Positions 10,278 to 21,576 are shown, counted from the stretch's first letter. The stretch: DNA of 64,000 nt from Bacteroidales bacterium (GCA_041725955.1 JBGRQE010000010.1:2376-66375), one strand, 5' to 3'. Notes: a model not told the origin generated them from the letters alone. Numbers and translations are program-made.

Positions 10278-11513
10278 TTATACCTGAAAGAAAAGATAGG
10301 CTAGAAAAATAGCTGCAATAATTCCTGCGAAATCTGCAATTAATCCGCAAACAACAGCATGTCTGGTTTTTCTTATACTCACACTACCAAAATATACTGC
10401 CAAGATATAGAAAGTAGTATCTGTAGCTCCTTGCATCATTGAGCTTAAGCGTCCAGCGAAACTATCAGCTCCATAAGTTTGCATAGTATCTACCATAAGT
10501 CCTCTTGCCCCACTACCACTTAGAGGTTTCATTATGGCTGTAGGGAGAGCTTTTACCCATTCGGCGTTGAATCCAAGTAATTGTACAAGCCATTCGATGC
10601 TTTGCACCAACCAGTCCATTGCGCCGCTGGCTCTAAAAACACCAATTCCAACCAATATAGCAATCATAAAAGGAATTATTCTAACAGCTATATTGAAGCC
10701 ATCTTTGGCTCCTTCAATAAAAGTGTCGTAGACATTTATTCTTTTGTAAAATCCGAGGCTTATAAAAGTAATAATTACAGCAAAGAGAATTATATTCCCA
10801 ACCAGCGAACTTATTTCTCCGATTTCTTCTTTGGGTAGGTAGGAAAAGACTCCAAATAACACGGCTATTAGACCTCCAAAACCAAGAAGATATGATAATA
10901 TAACAGGATGTAATATATTTATCTTTTGGAATAGAGACACAACAAGAATTCCAACAAATGTCGAGAAAAATGTAGCTATTAATATTGGGAGAAAAACATC
11001 TGCCGGGTTTGCTGCTCCTAATTGAGCACGATAAAGCATAACCGATACAGGAATTAAAGTTAAACCTGAGGTGTTAAGCACCAAAAACATTATCATTGAA
11101 TTTGAAGCCTTGCTTTTTTCCTTATTTATACTTTGAAGTTCGTTCATGGCCTTTAGCCCCATAGGAGTAGCTGCGTTATCTAGGCCAAGCATATTGGCTG
11201 CAATATTCATCATCATTGATCCTCTTGCAGGATGGTTTTGAGGAATATCTGGGAAAAGTCGGTTGAAAAAAGGATTAATGAGTTTTGTCAGAATATTTAT
11301 AGCCCCACCTTTTTCTCCTATACGCATAAGTCCTAGCCATAGAGTCATTACGCCAGTTAACCCTAAGGATAATTTAAAACCTGTTTCCGCATTAGTGAAA
11401 GTACTTTGGATTATTTCGTTAAAGACTTGAGTGTCGCCCAGAAAAATGAGTTTTGCCAAGGCAACAATAAATGCGATTAGGAAAAAGGCAATCCAAATAT
11501 AATTGAGAACCAT
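10278..11513 (-). CDS. Fused SpmA/SpmB (nucleoside recognition Gate domain) membrane protein
   Basis: ANMLGLDNAATPMGLKAM, FLVLNTSGLTLIP, KPLSGSGARG and TDTTFYILAVYFG motifs. Confidence 0.88.
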   Translation of the reverse strand: MVLNYIWIAFFLIAFIVALAKLIFLGDTQVFNEIIQSTFTNAETGFKLSLGLTGVMTLWLGLMRIGEKGGAINILTKLINPFFNRLFPDIPQNHPARGSMMMNIAANMLGLDNAATPMGLKAMNELQSINKEKSKASNSMIMFLVLNTSGLTLIPVSVMLYRAQLGAANPADVFLPILIATFFSTFVGILVVSLFQKINILHPVILSYLLGFGGLIAVLFGVFSYLPKEEIGEISSLVGNIILFAVIITFISLGFYKRINVYDTFIEGAKDGFNIAVRIIPFMIAILVGIGVFRASGAMDWLVQSIEWLVQLLGFNAEWVKALPTAIMKPLSGSGARGLMVDTMQTYGADSFAGRLSSMMQGATDTTFYILAVYFGSVSIRKTRHAVVCGLIADFAGIIAAIFLAYLFFQV

Positions 11514-11719
11514 AACTGTTTTTTTGGGAGTAAAGTAATTGTATTAGAAAGCACAAATATAAAAAACTAAATTTGGGAAATAGAAGCTGGAAATCTAAAA
11601 AAAGGTATTGCCTGATTAATTTTCAAACAGCACCTTTTTCTATTTATCACACAATACGCAATATTATATAATGGAGGTAAAGAGCGATATATATGGAAGA
11701 GGTTTTAAATCCTCTTGTA

Positions 11720-12424
11720 TTACCTAAGACCTTTAACTCTAGGTTTTCCTGCAACAAAGTCCTTAAGGTAATAAGGCTCAAAGTAGGCTATATCCTCAAA
11801 TTCACTAGCTTCGAATTTCTTTTCTGCCAGAGTAATGATTGCTGAAGCAGTAGGAAATCCTTTTTCATAATAGTGTGTGTGTGCTTTATTTTCAAAAGAA
11901 TCTAAACACTTCTGTGCCCCATCACCAAAATAAATAATTTCTTTATCCTGGAGTATATCAGAAAATGATTCTTCGTCAATGATCTTTGCTTCGATAGGAT
12001 TAACTTCTTTGCCTTCTTTATTATATAGTCCACAGTACACCTCCATTCTTCTTGCATCTATCATTGGGCATAAGAGTGTGTTTTCAGAAATAGCTATTTG
12101 GTTTTCTAAAATTACACCCATTGCCATAGATTGAAGAGTGGTGACAGTAATTACAGGACAAGATAGAGCATAGGCCAATCCTTTTGCAGTAGATACTCCA
12201 ATTCTTAAACCTGTGTATGAACCAGGACCTTTACTTACGGCGATAGCATCTAAATCTTCTTTATTTATTTTCGCTTCATCAAGTGCTTCTTGAATAAAAG
12301 AAGTAAGCACTTCTGCATGAGAGTTTTTTCTTGTGCTTTCTTTTAATGCAGCCACTTTTCCATCAATACCAACAGCCACTGAGCAAATGTTAGTGGCTGT
12401 TTCAATACAAAGAATTTTTGCCAT
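11720..12424 (-). CDS. tsaB: tRNA threonylcarbamoyladenosine biosynthesis protein TsaB
   Basis: ILCIETAT..CSVA, AIAVSKGPGSYTGLRIG, PMIDARRMEVY, FEPYYLK. Confidence 0.95.
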   Translation of the reverse strand: MAKILCIETATNICSVAVGIDGKVAALKESTRKNSHAEVLTSFIQEALDEAKINKEDLDAIAVSKGPGSYTGLRIGVSTAKGLAYALSCPVITVTTLQSMAMGVILENQIAISENTLLCPMIDARRMEVYCGLYNKEGKEVNPIEAKIIDEESFSDILQDKEIIYFGDGAQKCLDSFENKAHTHYYEKGFPTASAIITLAEKKFEASEFEDIAYFEPYYLKDFVAGKPRVKGLR

Positions 12425-12527
12425 TGGGTAACTTATATGTTTCTTCTGCTATTAACTTTTTTCTGCTAAAAAAATTACAGTCGTGCAAAGTAAAAAAAAA
12501 ACAAATAGATCTACTTAGGACAAAGAT

Positions 12528-13874
12528 TTATTTCTTTGGGCTATATAGTTCATTTTGAGATACAACTTTTACAGCCATACCATTTTTTAGAGTTTTACTT
12601 ATGGCATTGTATGGTCCTGTAATAACTTTATCGTCAGCAGTTATTCCGCTTATGATTTGAATATATTTACTGTTTTGAACTCCTGTTTTTACGGCTGTAA
12701 GTACCGCTTTTTCATCTTTAAGAATAAATACATATTCGTTTAGCTTTTTGCTCGAATTATCCTGACTTGAATTTGAATTTTGGATAGTATCTCGTCTTGT
12801 AGTGACGGCTTGTATAGGAATAGAAAGTGCATCAGTTACTGATTGGGTAAGTATATCTACATTAGCCGACATTCCGGGACGGAAAGGCGAACCATTGACA
12901 TTGTCATTACTCTTGATTTGCATATAAGAATTGTGTAGCATAAATATCTTAACCGCAAAATTAGTTACCTGATCTATACTACTTGATGATGAAGATGCTG
13001 CTCCTCCAGAAGAGGTTGATGTCATGCTGTTTTCTGAGCTTGTAGCAATTTCGGTTACCACACCTTTGAAGTTATTATTTAGATAAGCATCGACTTCTAT
13101 AATGGCTGTATCTTGAAGAGCAACTCTTACAATATCATTTTCGTTTACATCTACATGTACTTCCAGAGAATCAAGGTCGGCAACAGACATCATTACTGTT
13201 CCTGCAGAGAATTGAGAGTTTCCGGTAACTCTTTCCCCTTCCTGAACAACGAGTTGGGCAACAGTACCATCTGTTGGAGCATAAACATTGGTTCTACTTA
13301 AATTTTCAGATGCTTCATCAAGTTTGGCTTGAGCATCAAGAACTCCAAACTGAGATGCTTTTAAACTTTCTTTTGCCGATTTTAGCTCTGCCTTGGATAC
13401 CTGAAATTTGGCTTTTGCAGAGTCGAATTCAGATTGAGATATTACTTTGTTTTTATATAGCTTTTGATTTCTTGCAAAAGATAGCTTTTCATTTATGAAA
13501 TTTGCATTTGCCTGACTTACTTTTGCTTTGGAGTTAGCTTCGGAGGCTTTCATCTGGTTTAGGTTTGCCTGAGAACTTTTAAAGCTTGTAATATATGTTC
13601 TGGGATCAATCTTAGCCAGTAGATCACCTTTATTAACCTTATCGCCTTCATTTACATGTAGCTCGGTGATTTCTCCAGATATATAAGGAGTAATAGTTAC
13701 ATTGACCTTCGGTTGTATGGTGCCATTTGCAGTAACTGTTTCTGTAAGATTTCGGGTCTGCGGATTTTCGGCAGTTATTTTTACGGTTTTATTTTTATTT
13801 CCTGTAACAATTATTAAAATAATTATAATTAGGATCAGTACCGATATGCTGATAACAGCTCTTTTCTTGTTCAT
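12528..13874 (-). CDS. Efflux RND/ABC periplasmic adaptor subunit (HlyD/MacA-like)
   Basis: N-terminal TM, ISGEITELHVNEGDKVNKGDLLAKID lipoyl half, coiled coil, APTDGTV, RPGMSANVDI. Confidence 0.9.
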   Translation of the reverse strand: MNKKRAVISISVLILIIIILIIVTGNKNKTVKITAENPQTRNLTETVTANGTIQPKVNVTITPYISGEITELHVNEGDKVNKGDLLAKIDPRTYITSFKSSQANLNQMKASEANSKAKVSQANANFINEKLSFARNQKLYKNKVISQSEFDSAKAKFQVSKAELKSAKESLKASQFGVLDAQAKLDEASENLSRTNVYAPTDGTVAQLVVQEGERVTGNSQFSAGTVMMSVADLDSLEVHVDVNENDIVRVALQDTAIIEVDAYLNNNFKGVVTEIATSSENSMTSTSSGGAASSSSSSIDQVTNFAVKIFMLHNSYMQIKSNDNVNGSPFRPGMSANVDILTQSVTDALSIPIQAVTTRRDTIQNSNSSQDNSSKKLNEYVFILKDEKAVLTAVKTGVQNSKYIQIISGITADDKVITGPYNAISKTLKNGMAVKVVSQNELYSPKK

Positions 13875-14049
13875 CGAGTTAGGCGTAGGGTTAGTAATTG
13901 GTTAAGAGTAGTTTGAACGCTATAAAATTATAAATTTTTTTCTACACCTTAAACAAAACCTAGGCCAATTTATAAGAAAAGGGTTATTCAACGTGTGAAT
14001 AACCCTTAAGCTTATAAGAAAATGTTCTTATGGATATTATATAAGGTTG

Positions 14050-15450
14050 TTATAAGGTCAGTGGATTACCAAGATAAAAGTCCAGAACTTTTGTCTTGAA
14101 AATGTAAGTGTATTTTGCTCGAATCAATCCTGATTCTGCCCCTGTTAGGTTGGTTTTAGCAATATTGTAATCATATGAGCTGACTAATCCAACTTGATAT
14201 TTTTGTTCAGTATATTTAAAAGCTTCTTGATAGTAATATAGTGATGCTTCTGCTGATTTATAAGATCTCCAGGCGTTAAGAGCTTCTGTATATGCTGATT
14301 CAATATCTTTACGTAAATTTAATTTTGCTGTCTCTAAGTTATAAGACGATCTTTCTTTTCCGATTTTAGCTTTATTGAGTTGGGTTCGAGCCATATAGTT
14401 ATTAAAGATCGGGATTCTAAGAGCGAAACCTGCAGCTTCAGCAATATTATCTTCCAATTGTTTCCCAAAAGATTGAAGTGGGACATTTGGATTTGATCGA
14501 TCGGAATAATTTGTTGAGATATTAGCTCCAAAGCTTAATGAAGGATATAATGCGCCTTTTGCAATTTGAACTCCTTTTACAGAAGATTTAAAGTTCAATT
14601 CAGCTCCAAGGATTTCAGGCATAATTTTTACAGCTTTTGTATAAACATCCTCTGGGTTTTTTAATACGTTTTCGCTAATTTCTATATTTAGTGCAGGAAT
14701 TTCAATTTCAAACTTTGGATCTATAGGTAAGTCTAGAGCTTGCTGTAAAGCTACCAAATAGGTATAAGTTTGGTTTTTATATGAAATCAATTTAGATTCT
14801 TCCTCTGCCAATTGTGATTTAACATTTAGTAAATCACCTTGAGCAACAGTTCCTGCCTCAACAAGTTTTTCTGTTTTTTCTACCTGTTGTTTGCTTTTTT
14901 CTACTTGAGCTTCTGATGCTTTGCTTAATTCTTGATTATATAATACCTGTAAAAAATTAGATGTTATTTCAAGGGCAAGCATGTTTTTTGCAGCTTCAAC
15001 ACTGAATTTGGCAGCATCGCGATCTAATTTGTTTTGTTTTATCGAATTGATGCGTGTAAAACCACTTATAATAGGAAGACTCGACTGGAAATTTATATTA
15101 TCTGTTTGAGTCATTTGAGTGTTGAACTGATTGGTTGTAGGATCAATAAAACGTCCCCAATTGTAGTTATGACTTGCTGAACCACTTAAGGATGGAAGAA
15201 TATCCATTTTAGATTTGAATAGATCAACTTCTGCAGTTTCAACATCTAGCTGGGCTTTTTTTACACTTATGTTATTTTCGTAAGCAAAGTTTATACAATC
15301 TTGTAAACTCCACTTTTTTTGCCCAAATGAGACCTTGCTTATTCCGAGACATACAAATACTAATAGAAGTATTTTGTAATAATTTCTTCTTTTGTTGAAA
15401 TCAATGTTCATATTCCTTACCATAAAAAAATCCTTCTGAATTAATTGCAA
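14050..15450 (-). CDS. TolC family outer-membrane efflux protein
   Basis: WSLQDCINFAYENNISVK, two OEP-like repeats, YQVGLVSSYDY; directly upstream of the adaptor gene. Confidence 0.9.
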   Translation of the reverse strand: MQLIQKDFFMVRNMNIDFNKRRNYYKILLLVFVCLGISKVSFGQKKWSLQDCINFAYENNISVKKAQLDVETAEVDLFKSKMDILPSLSGSASHNYNWGRFIDPTTNQFNTQMTQTDNINFQSSLPIISGFTRINSIKQNKLDRDAAKFSVEAAKNMLALEITSNFLQVLYNQELSKASEAQVEKSKQQVEKTEKLVEAGTVAQGDLLNVKSQLAEEESKLISYKNQTYTYLVALQQALDLPIDPKFEIEIPALNIEISENVLKNPEDVYTKAVKIMPEILGAELNFKSSVKGVQIAKGALYPSLSFGANISTNYSDRSNPNVPLQSFGKQLEDNIAEAAGFALRIPIFNNYMARTQLNKAKIGKERSSYNLETAKLNLRKDIESAYTEALNAWRSYKSAEASLYYYQEAFKYTEQKYQVGLVSSYDYNIAKTNLTGAESGLIRAKYTYIFKTKVLDFYLGNPLTL

Positions 15451-15768
15451 GAAGTTAAGAACATAAAATGTGCCATCTTGCTAATAGTTTGAAAATTAAT
15501 GTGAAAAAAATAATTCTGCTTAGAGTAAAAAAAACTTGTGTCACATTCTAATACAGTATTGTTCAATTATGAACATCAATTTAAATACAGGATTAAATAT
15601 TGAATTGAAATAGTCATAGCGTTTTCATACTCTAAGAAGAAATTAAATGAAAAGTATTCCGCTAAATTAAGAAGTAATTTAAAAACACATACGAAATGGC
15701 ATAAAAAAACTATTAATCTCATTATGCGCTACTTACCCTAAGCTAATTTTTTTGGTGTAAAAACTATT

Positions 15769-16020
15769 TTAATTTGTGTTTTTTGTTTTCTCTTTCTCTT
15801 TCCAATTAATGTATGATATGATAATAAGATTTATTCCTATAATAAGACTTAAAATTGGAGATGCTATTGCTGGAAGAGAAATCCATCCAAATAAATTTAA
15901 AAAAAACACCCCACTAGCAGTAAAAGCAAAAGTAAAAAATGTCCATTTGATGATTTTAGTAATATTCATTTTATTCATTTTTTTCATTTTTTTATTTACT
16001 GCAAAAATATAGATTTCCAT
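15769..16020 (-). CDS. Small two-TM membrane protein (uncertain)
   Basis: Two hydrophobic helices and a basic tail. The true start is probably an internal ATG. The antisense ORF is less plausible. Confidence 0.45.
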   Translation of the reverse strand: MEIYIFAVNKKMKKMNKMNITKIIKWTFFTFAFTASGVFFLNLFGWISLPAIASPILSLIIGINLIIISYINWKEKEKTKNTN

Positions 16021-16145
16021 TTAGAGGCTTAGTTAATCAATGTTATCATTTAGTATACCTTTAATATTTGTGCTTTTAATTTAATCGATATCTCTCATAT
16101 TTAAATTTATATGAGTTAAACCTTAATTTATTTGTATTTTTCCAT

Positions 16146-18557
16146 TTGAAAATCACAATTTCAAAAAGTGAACAAATGAAAAAAATTTACTCGACATTTA
16201 TTTTTTGTTTGGTTTTTAGTGGGTTCTTTACCACTCTTCAGGGAAACAATCAGGAACAAAAGAAAACAAATTCAAAAAAAACGGAAACAACTCAAACTGT
16301 GTTAAGTGATACATTGGATGTTATTCATTATGATATTCATCTAACACGGATCAATTATGCCGAAAAAAATATTCATGCCTTTGCAAAAATTAAATTGGTG
16401 CCAAAGGTTGCCGATCTTAAAAAAATTGCATTGGAGTTAAAAAACTTAGAAGTAGAAAAGGTAATCTATAAAAGCAAGGAAATTTCAAATTTCTATCAGT
16501 GTAATGAGCGTATTAATATTCCATTGTCTGATATACAGAAAGACAAAGAAATGGAATTGGAAATCCATTATCAAGGCAAACCTTTTTGTGAGAATTGGGG
16601 TGGGTTTCATTTTGAAGCAAATTCTTCTTTTGCTTTTAATCTGGGTGTAGGTTTTGATTCAGATCCTCATAACCTTGGAAAATCATGGTTTCCTTGTGTG
16701 GATGATTTTAAAGATCGTGCTACTTATGATATTTATATTACTGCGCCTGAGGGACAAAAAGCTGTTGCCAGTGGAATACTTGTAGAGGAGCAGAATAATG
16801 ATGATATGACCACTACTTTCCATTGGAAAATGAATCAAAGTCTTCCTACCTATTTGATGGGAGTAGCTATTGGTAATTATGAAGTTTATAAGGATGAGTA
16901 TAATGGACAAAGTAAAATCATTCCAATCGAAATTTATGTACAATCAGGGAAGCTGGATAAGGTAGAGGGGAGTTTTCAGAATTTGAAAAAAATATGTGCC
17001 GAATATGAGGCATGGTTTGGCGATTATCCTTTTGAGAAAATTGGTTATGTAAGTACTAAACTTGGTGCAATGGAACATGCAACAAGTATTGCTATTCCTC
17101 ATTCGACTATTGATGGATCAACTTCTTTTGAATCATTATTTGCTCATGAGCTTTCTCATATGTGGTTTGGAAATAAAGTGACCTGTGCTTCTGCTGAAGA
17201 TATGTGGTTGAATGAGGGTTGGGCTGTGTTTTGTGAAATGTTATATAGACAGCAACTTTATGGGCAAGAAGATTTTATTGAAACTATAAAGGCAAAGCAT
17301 TTTTTCGTCTTAACTCAAGCGCATAAAAAGGATGGTGGTTATTTTTCTTTATATGGTATTCCTACACAAATAACATATGGAAAAACTGTTTATGATAAAG
17401 GATCTATGGTTGTGCAGGCCTTAAGAACTTTTTTAGGCGATGAAGTATTTTTTGATGCAGTAAAAAAGTATTTAGATAAATATGCCTATAATTATGCTGA
17501 CACTTATCAGCTAAGAGATTTTTTAACGGAAACTACAGGTAGGGATATGACTGGTTTCTTTGAGAATTATGTATTTACTCCTGGAACACCTTTCTATTCA
17601 ATAGATAGTTTAGCAACAGAAAAGAATGGAGATAATTATACAGTAAAAGTGTATTCCAGAAAAAGACATAAGGGTGCCGACTTTATTGGAAATGGGCATT
17701 TTTATCCTATAACTTTTATAGGCCAGAATTGGCAGAAGCAAGAAGACTCTATTATGTTTAATGGAAAAAATGGATGTTCTACTAAGCAACTCGATTTTGA
17801 ACCTATATGCGCACTTATTGATTATAAATCAGAAAGTGGAGATGCTACAAAAAATGAATGCCATGTAATTAAACAATCGGGAGAAGAGCGATATAGATTT
17901 ATGGATTTTGTTTTAATTACAGATATAATTGGTGAGAATGACTCTGCCTTAATCCAACTTAATCATAACTATATTGCTCCTGATAAAAAAGGTATTGATG
18001 ATGAGAATTTGAAGATCGCAAAGAATCATTACTGGAAAGTTGATGGAATTTTACCTCAATCATTTAAGGCTAGAGCAAAATTTTATTGTTCCAAAAGTAG
18101 CTCTTTAAATAAAGATTTATTTGCTTCAAAAAATGATTCTATAGTATTATTGTACCGCCCGAATTCTGGTGAAAAATGGGATATAGCTGACCATTATTCC
18201 GAAAAGGGATTTATGGCCTATAGCTTATTTGCTAAAAATTTACAAAGAGGAGAGTATGCTTTGGGTTTACTTGATAAAACTCTATTGTCTTTAGAAGAAA
18301 GGGCCTCAAAGAAACAAGCTCTGCAACTGTCACCAAATCCTGTGAAAACAAAGCTTGAAGTTAAATTTACTAATAAAGAAAGTGGTAAGATTTTTATTAT
18401 TGATCAATCAGGAAAACAACGATTGGTTTTTTATAAGGATCTACACAAAAGTAAGCTTCGTCTTGATCTTAAAGATTTAGAGAGTGGATTGTATATTATT
18501 AGATTTGTGAATGAAACAAATCAAGTGAATCATATAAGTAGATTTGTTGTAGAATAA
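16146..18557 (+). CDS. M1 family zinc aminopeptidase with T9SS C-terminal domain (start probably MKKIYST)
   Basis: GAMEH exopeptidase motif, HELSH(x18)E (AHELSHMWFG...WLNEGWA), YDKG; C-terminal LSPNPV...GLYIIRF. Confidence 0.92.
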   Translation: MKITISKSEQMKKIYSTFIFCLVFSGFFTTLQGNNQEQKKTNSKKTETTQTVLSDTLDVIHYDIHLTRINYAEKNIHAFAKIKLVPKVADLKKIALELKNLEVEKVIYKSKEISNFYQCNERINIPLSDIQKDKEMELEIHYQGKPFCENWGGFHFEANSSFAFNLGVGFDSDPHNLGKSWFPCVDDFKDRATYDIYITAPEGQKAVASGILVEEQNNDDMTTTFHWKMNQSLPTYLMGVAIGNYEVYKDEYNGQSKIIPIEIYVQSGKLDKVEGSFQNLKKICAEYEAWFGDYPFEKIGYVSTKLGAMEHATSIAIPHSTIDGSTSFESLFAHELSHMWFGNKVTCASAEDMWLNEGWAVFCEMLYRQQLYGQEDFIETIKAKHFFVLTQAHKKDGGYFSLYGIPTQITYGKTVYDKGSMVVQALRTFLGDEVFFDAVKKYLDKYAYNYADTYQLRDFLTETTGRDMTGFFENYVFTPGTPFYSIDSLATEKNGDNYTVKVYSRKRHKGADFIGNGHFYPITFIGQNWQKQEDSIMFNGKNGCSTKQLDFEPICALIDYKSESGDATKNECHVIKQSGEERYRFMDFVLITDIIGENDSALIQLNHNYIAPDKKGIDDENLKIAKNHYWKVDGILPQSFKARAKFYCSKSSSLNKDLFASKNDSIVLLYRPNSGEKWDIADHYSEKGFMAYSLFAKNLQRGEYALGLLDKTLLSLEERASKKQALQLSPNPVKTKLEVKFTNKESGKIFIIDQSGKQRLVFYKDLHKSKLRLDLKDLESGLYIIRFVNETNQVNHISRFVVE

Positions 18558-18574
18558 AAAATAGAATTAAAGAG

Positions 18575-18610
18575 AAATAGGCTGTTCAAGATAATATGAA
18601 CAGCCTATTT
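18575..18610. terminator. Bidirectional terminator
   Basis: 14-bp perfect stem aaataggctgttca / tgaacagcctattt between convergent genes. Confidence 0.75.
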
Positions 18611-18685
18611 TACCTTCCCAATAAGGTTGTCTTAATTTGATTAGTGTGTTTCCTTGGTCTTAGTAAAGTAAGAATCCTTTTTCCC

Positions 18686-18985
18686 TTAAATAATTTTACG
18701 AGTAATAGCTACTAATTTTACCTTTTTTCCTGATTTTGCACAGAGATGACAATATTCTTCATTTTCTGTAAATTCAAAGCCACATTCAGGGCAATGATAC
18801 TGAGTTACTATCAAGAAGCTTTTTGAGTTTTCCGGCGAAATCGACACAGCAATACCTCCAATAATTGGAGTACAAAATAACGACATGAAAAATGATTGTA
18901 TCATACCGATCGCTCTCTTTTTTCCAATTAGTGAAATTGCGATGCAAATTAGTATATAGCCTGTAGTTAATGAGCCAATTAGCAT
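18686..18985 (-). CDS. Small membrane protein with a C-terminal zinc ribbon
   Basis: Two TM helices followed by CPECG...CHLC. Confidence 0.65.
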   Translation of the reverse strand: MLIGSLTTGYILICIAISLIGKKRAIGMIQSFFMSLFCTPIIGGIAVSISPENSKSFLIVTQYHCPECGFEFTENEEYCHLCAKSGKKVKLVAITRKII

Positions 18986-19489
18986 ATTTACTTTTGTTTA
19001 GTGTTAAAAAAAAAAGACACTAGTATTATTTAAATATGGTTCTTAATCCTAATACCATGGGCAAATTACTAAAATATCAATCAATTTCAATAGAAATTAA
19101 TAATTTATTACCACTATTATTAAGGTTTTGGTAATATAAAAGGTGTTTAATGCTGTCTGAAGCACTTTTTTTATCAAAAAAATAGTTCAAAAAAGATGAG
19201 AGGAAAATATCTTTTAATTTAGGATATAAATTCTACTCTTTTTACAAGTTGCAGTGGTTATTGTAATTAACATCTGTTTTGCGTTTCTTTCCTTTTTTAT
19301 AAAATAACATCTCTAACTTTAAGTGTTAATTCATTGCATATGTTTTTGTGAATATTTATGTAAATCAAAGACAATCTGTTTTTTATATAAAAAGACGAAT
19401 AGGAATTATCTTTGATTATTAATAATTTTGCTCTCTGGGAAACAGCTTGTTATGAATTCTGTTAACATCATCAAAGATGAGAATTACTT

Positions 19490-20824
19490 TTGAGTAACAA
19501 GAGAAATAGGAATCTAAAAATAATGAAGAAACTTCATATATATATACTTAGTATTAGCTTACTAATTTCAACTGTATTGGTTCTATTTCGTGTTTATATA
19601 GACCAAAAGGTTTGTGCAAAAAATAAAGCTGAAGTCCAAATTCCAGTTTCTAATATTGTACTACCTATAGATAGTTTAATTCACGATATAGATCAAGAGA
19701 GAATAATTAGTAAAGGACATGCTTTAGATAGTCTGTTTAAGCGATTACAAAAGAGAACAGGTTTAAACGGGACAGTGTTATTTGCCGAAAAAGGCCGTGT
19801 CATATTTAAAGGAGCATATGGTAATCGTAATTTTAGACGAGGTGAATCCTTGCAAGTTCAAGATAGTTTTCAACTTGCATCAGTTTCTAAGATGTTTGCT
19901 GCTACTGCAATAATGATTCTTAAGGAAGAGGGTAAGTTGGATTATGATGATGATGTAACCAACTATTTGTATAGCTTCCCTTATGAAGGAGTACATATTC
20001 GTCATTTATTAAACCATCGTAGTGGATTACCTCGATATATGTCTTTAGCTCATGAGTACTGGCAGGATAAAACTTTGCCCTTAGACAATCAATCTATGCT
20101 TTCATTATTTTCTAAATATGTTCCCAAACCATATTTTAAACCTGGACATGGATTTCATTATTGTAATACTAATTATGCCTTATTGGCAAATATTGTAGAA
20201 GAGGTGAGTGGAGTTTCTTTCGATGAATTTGTAAAGGAAAAAATATTCAGAAAGTGTAAAATGACTCATTCATTTGTGTATCAAATGCATCAAGATACTA
20301 CTGTGTCTGCTTATATTCCTTATGGAATTCCTGGATATAATTTGGGCTATAGATATCCACGAAAGGTCCGTAATGATTATTTGAATGGAGTTATGGGGGA
20401 TAAAAACGTATATTCTTCAGTAGAAGATTTATTTATGTTTGACCAAGCTCTAAAGACAGGTCAGTTAGTTAGTCTTGAGAATCAAAAAGAGGCTTATACT
20501 CCTGGGTATAAAAAGGCAAGAAAAAAAGATTATTACGGTTTTGGCTGGAGAATTAAACCTGAAAGGGATAGTACTGTATATCATTTTGGATGGTGGAAAG
20601 GATTTAGAACTTTCTTTATTCGCGATTTGGCACAAGACAAAACAATTATAATGTTAACCAATACCGATAAAGGAGTAAGTTCATCGTGGCTTTGGAAAAT
20701 ATTAGATGATGATTCCTTTGATTTAGCTCCAATTTGTCGATTACCAATGGAAGATAATCAAGACGATAACTATGCAAATTCTTCTTCAGAAAATGATAGT
20801 GAAGCAAATTTAGGGTCGAGTTAA
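19490..20824 (+). CDS. Serine hydrolase, class C beta-lactamase/PBP family (start probably MKKLHIY)
   Basis: FQLASVSK (SxxK), LLNHRSGL, FHYCNTNY (YxN), HFGWWKG; N-terminal anchor. Confidence 0.88.
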   Translation: MSNKRNRNLKIMKKLHIYILSISLLISTVLVLFRVYIDQKVCAKNKAEVQIPVSNIVLPIDSLIHDIDQERIISKGHALDSLFKRLQKRTGLNGTVLFAEKGRVIFKGAYGNRNFRRGESLQVQDSFQLASVSKMFAATAIMILKEEGKLDYDDDVTNYLYSFPYEGVHIRHLLNHRSGLPRYMSLAHEYWQDKTLPLDNQSMLSLFSKYVPKPYFKPGHGFHYCNTNYALLANIVEEVSGVSFDEFVKEKIFRKCKMTHSFVYQMHQDTTVSAYIPYGIPGYNLGYRYPRKVRNDYLNGVMGDKNVYSSVEDLFMFDQALKTGQLVSLENQKEAYTPGYKKARKKDYYGFGWRIKPERDSTVYHFGWWKGFRTFFIRDLAQDKTIIMLTNTDKGVSSSWLWKILDDDSFDLAPICRLPMEDNQDDNYANSSSENDSEANLGSS

Positions 20825-20880
20825 AAAAATACAAGACCTAAGTTTCCATTATTAAAAAGGAGCCTTAAGTCTTGCTATCT

Positions 20881-21576
20881 TTAAGCATCGATCATTAGTT
20901 TGAAACCAACACCATGCACATTTACAAGGCTAACGCCTTCATCCTCTTTTAAGAATTTCCGTAATTTTGTTATATAAACATCCATGCTTCTGGCATTAAA
21001 GTAGTTGTCTTCGTGCCATACATGCTCTAATGCTTTAGATCTTTCAACAGTTTTGTTGGTGTTTTCACACAGAAGTTTTAGTAAATCACCCTCTTTATTG
21101 GTTAATTTTTGTTCCTTACCGCTTCTCTCAAGTATCAATCGGTTGTAGTCGAAAGAATAAGAGTTTATCGTATAAATTTGTCTGCGGGCAAGGTGTTCGC
21201 TTTGCATCCTTCTAAGTATGGCTTTCATTCTTAATAAAAGTTCTTCCATACTAAATGGTTTGGTAAGATAATCATCAGCTCCAAGATCAAAACCTTCGAT
21301 TTTATCTTGTTCCATTGCTTTTGCTGTAAGGAAGATTAAAGGCATAACTTTGTCTTCTTTACGGATTTCACGAGCAACAGTAAAACCATCTTTCTCGGGC
21401 ATCATTACATCTAGGATACAAATGTCGAATTCATCACCTTTAAATGCTATAATTGCTTGTTCACCATCTATGCACAGAGTGGTTTTAAAACCTTTAGCAT
21501 CTAAAAAGGTCTTAAGAATTGTTCCTAAATTTTTATCGTCTTCAGCTAGTAAAACTTTGATTTTTTTATCCATCAC
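20881..21576 (-). CDS. OmpR-family response regulator (RprY-like)
   Basis: LLAEDD, ILDVMMP, FLTAK, GADDYLTKPF and winged helix NARSMDVYITKLRK...VHGVGFKL. Confidence 0.93.
   Translation of the reverse strand: MMDKKIKVLLAEDDKNLGTILKTFLDAKGFKTTLCIDGEQAIIAFKGDEFDICILDVMMPEKDGFTVAREIRKEDKVMPLIFLTAKAMEQDKIEGFDLGADDYLTKPFSMEELLLRMKAILRRMQSEHLARRQIYTINSYSFDYNRLILERSGKEQKLTNKEGDLLKLLCENTNKTVERSKALEHVWHEDNYFNARSMDVYITKLRKFLKEDEGVSLVNVHGVGFKLMIDA

Noticed and set aside
12528-15450. TolC plus adaptor without an inner-membrane pump as a novel system
   Set aside because: This pairing next to tsaB is a familiar Bacteroidota arrangement; the pump is probably encoded elsewhere.
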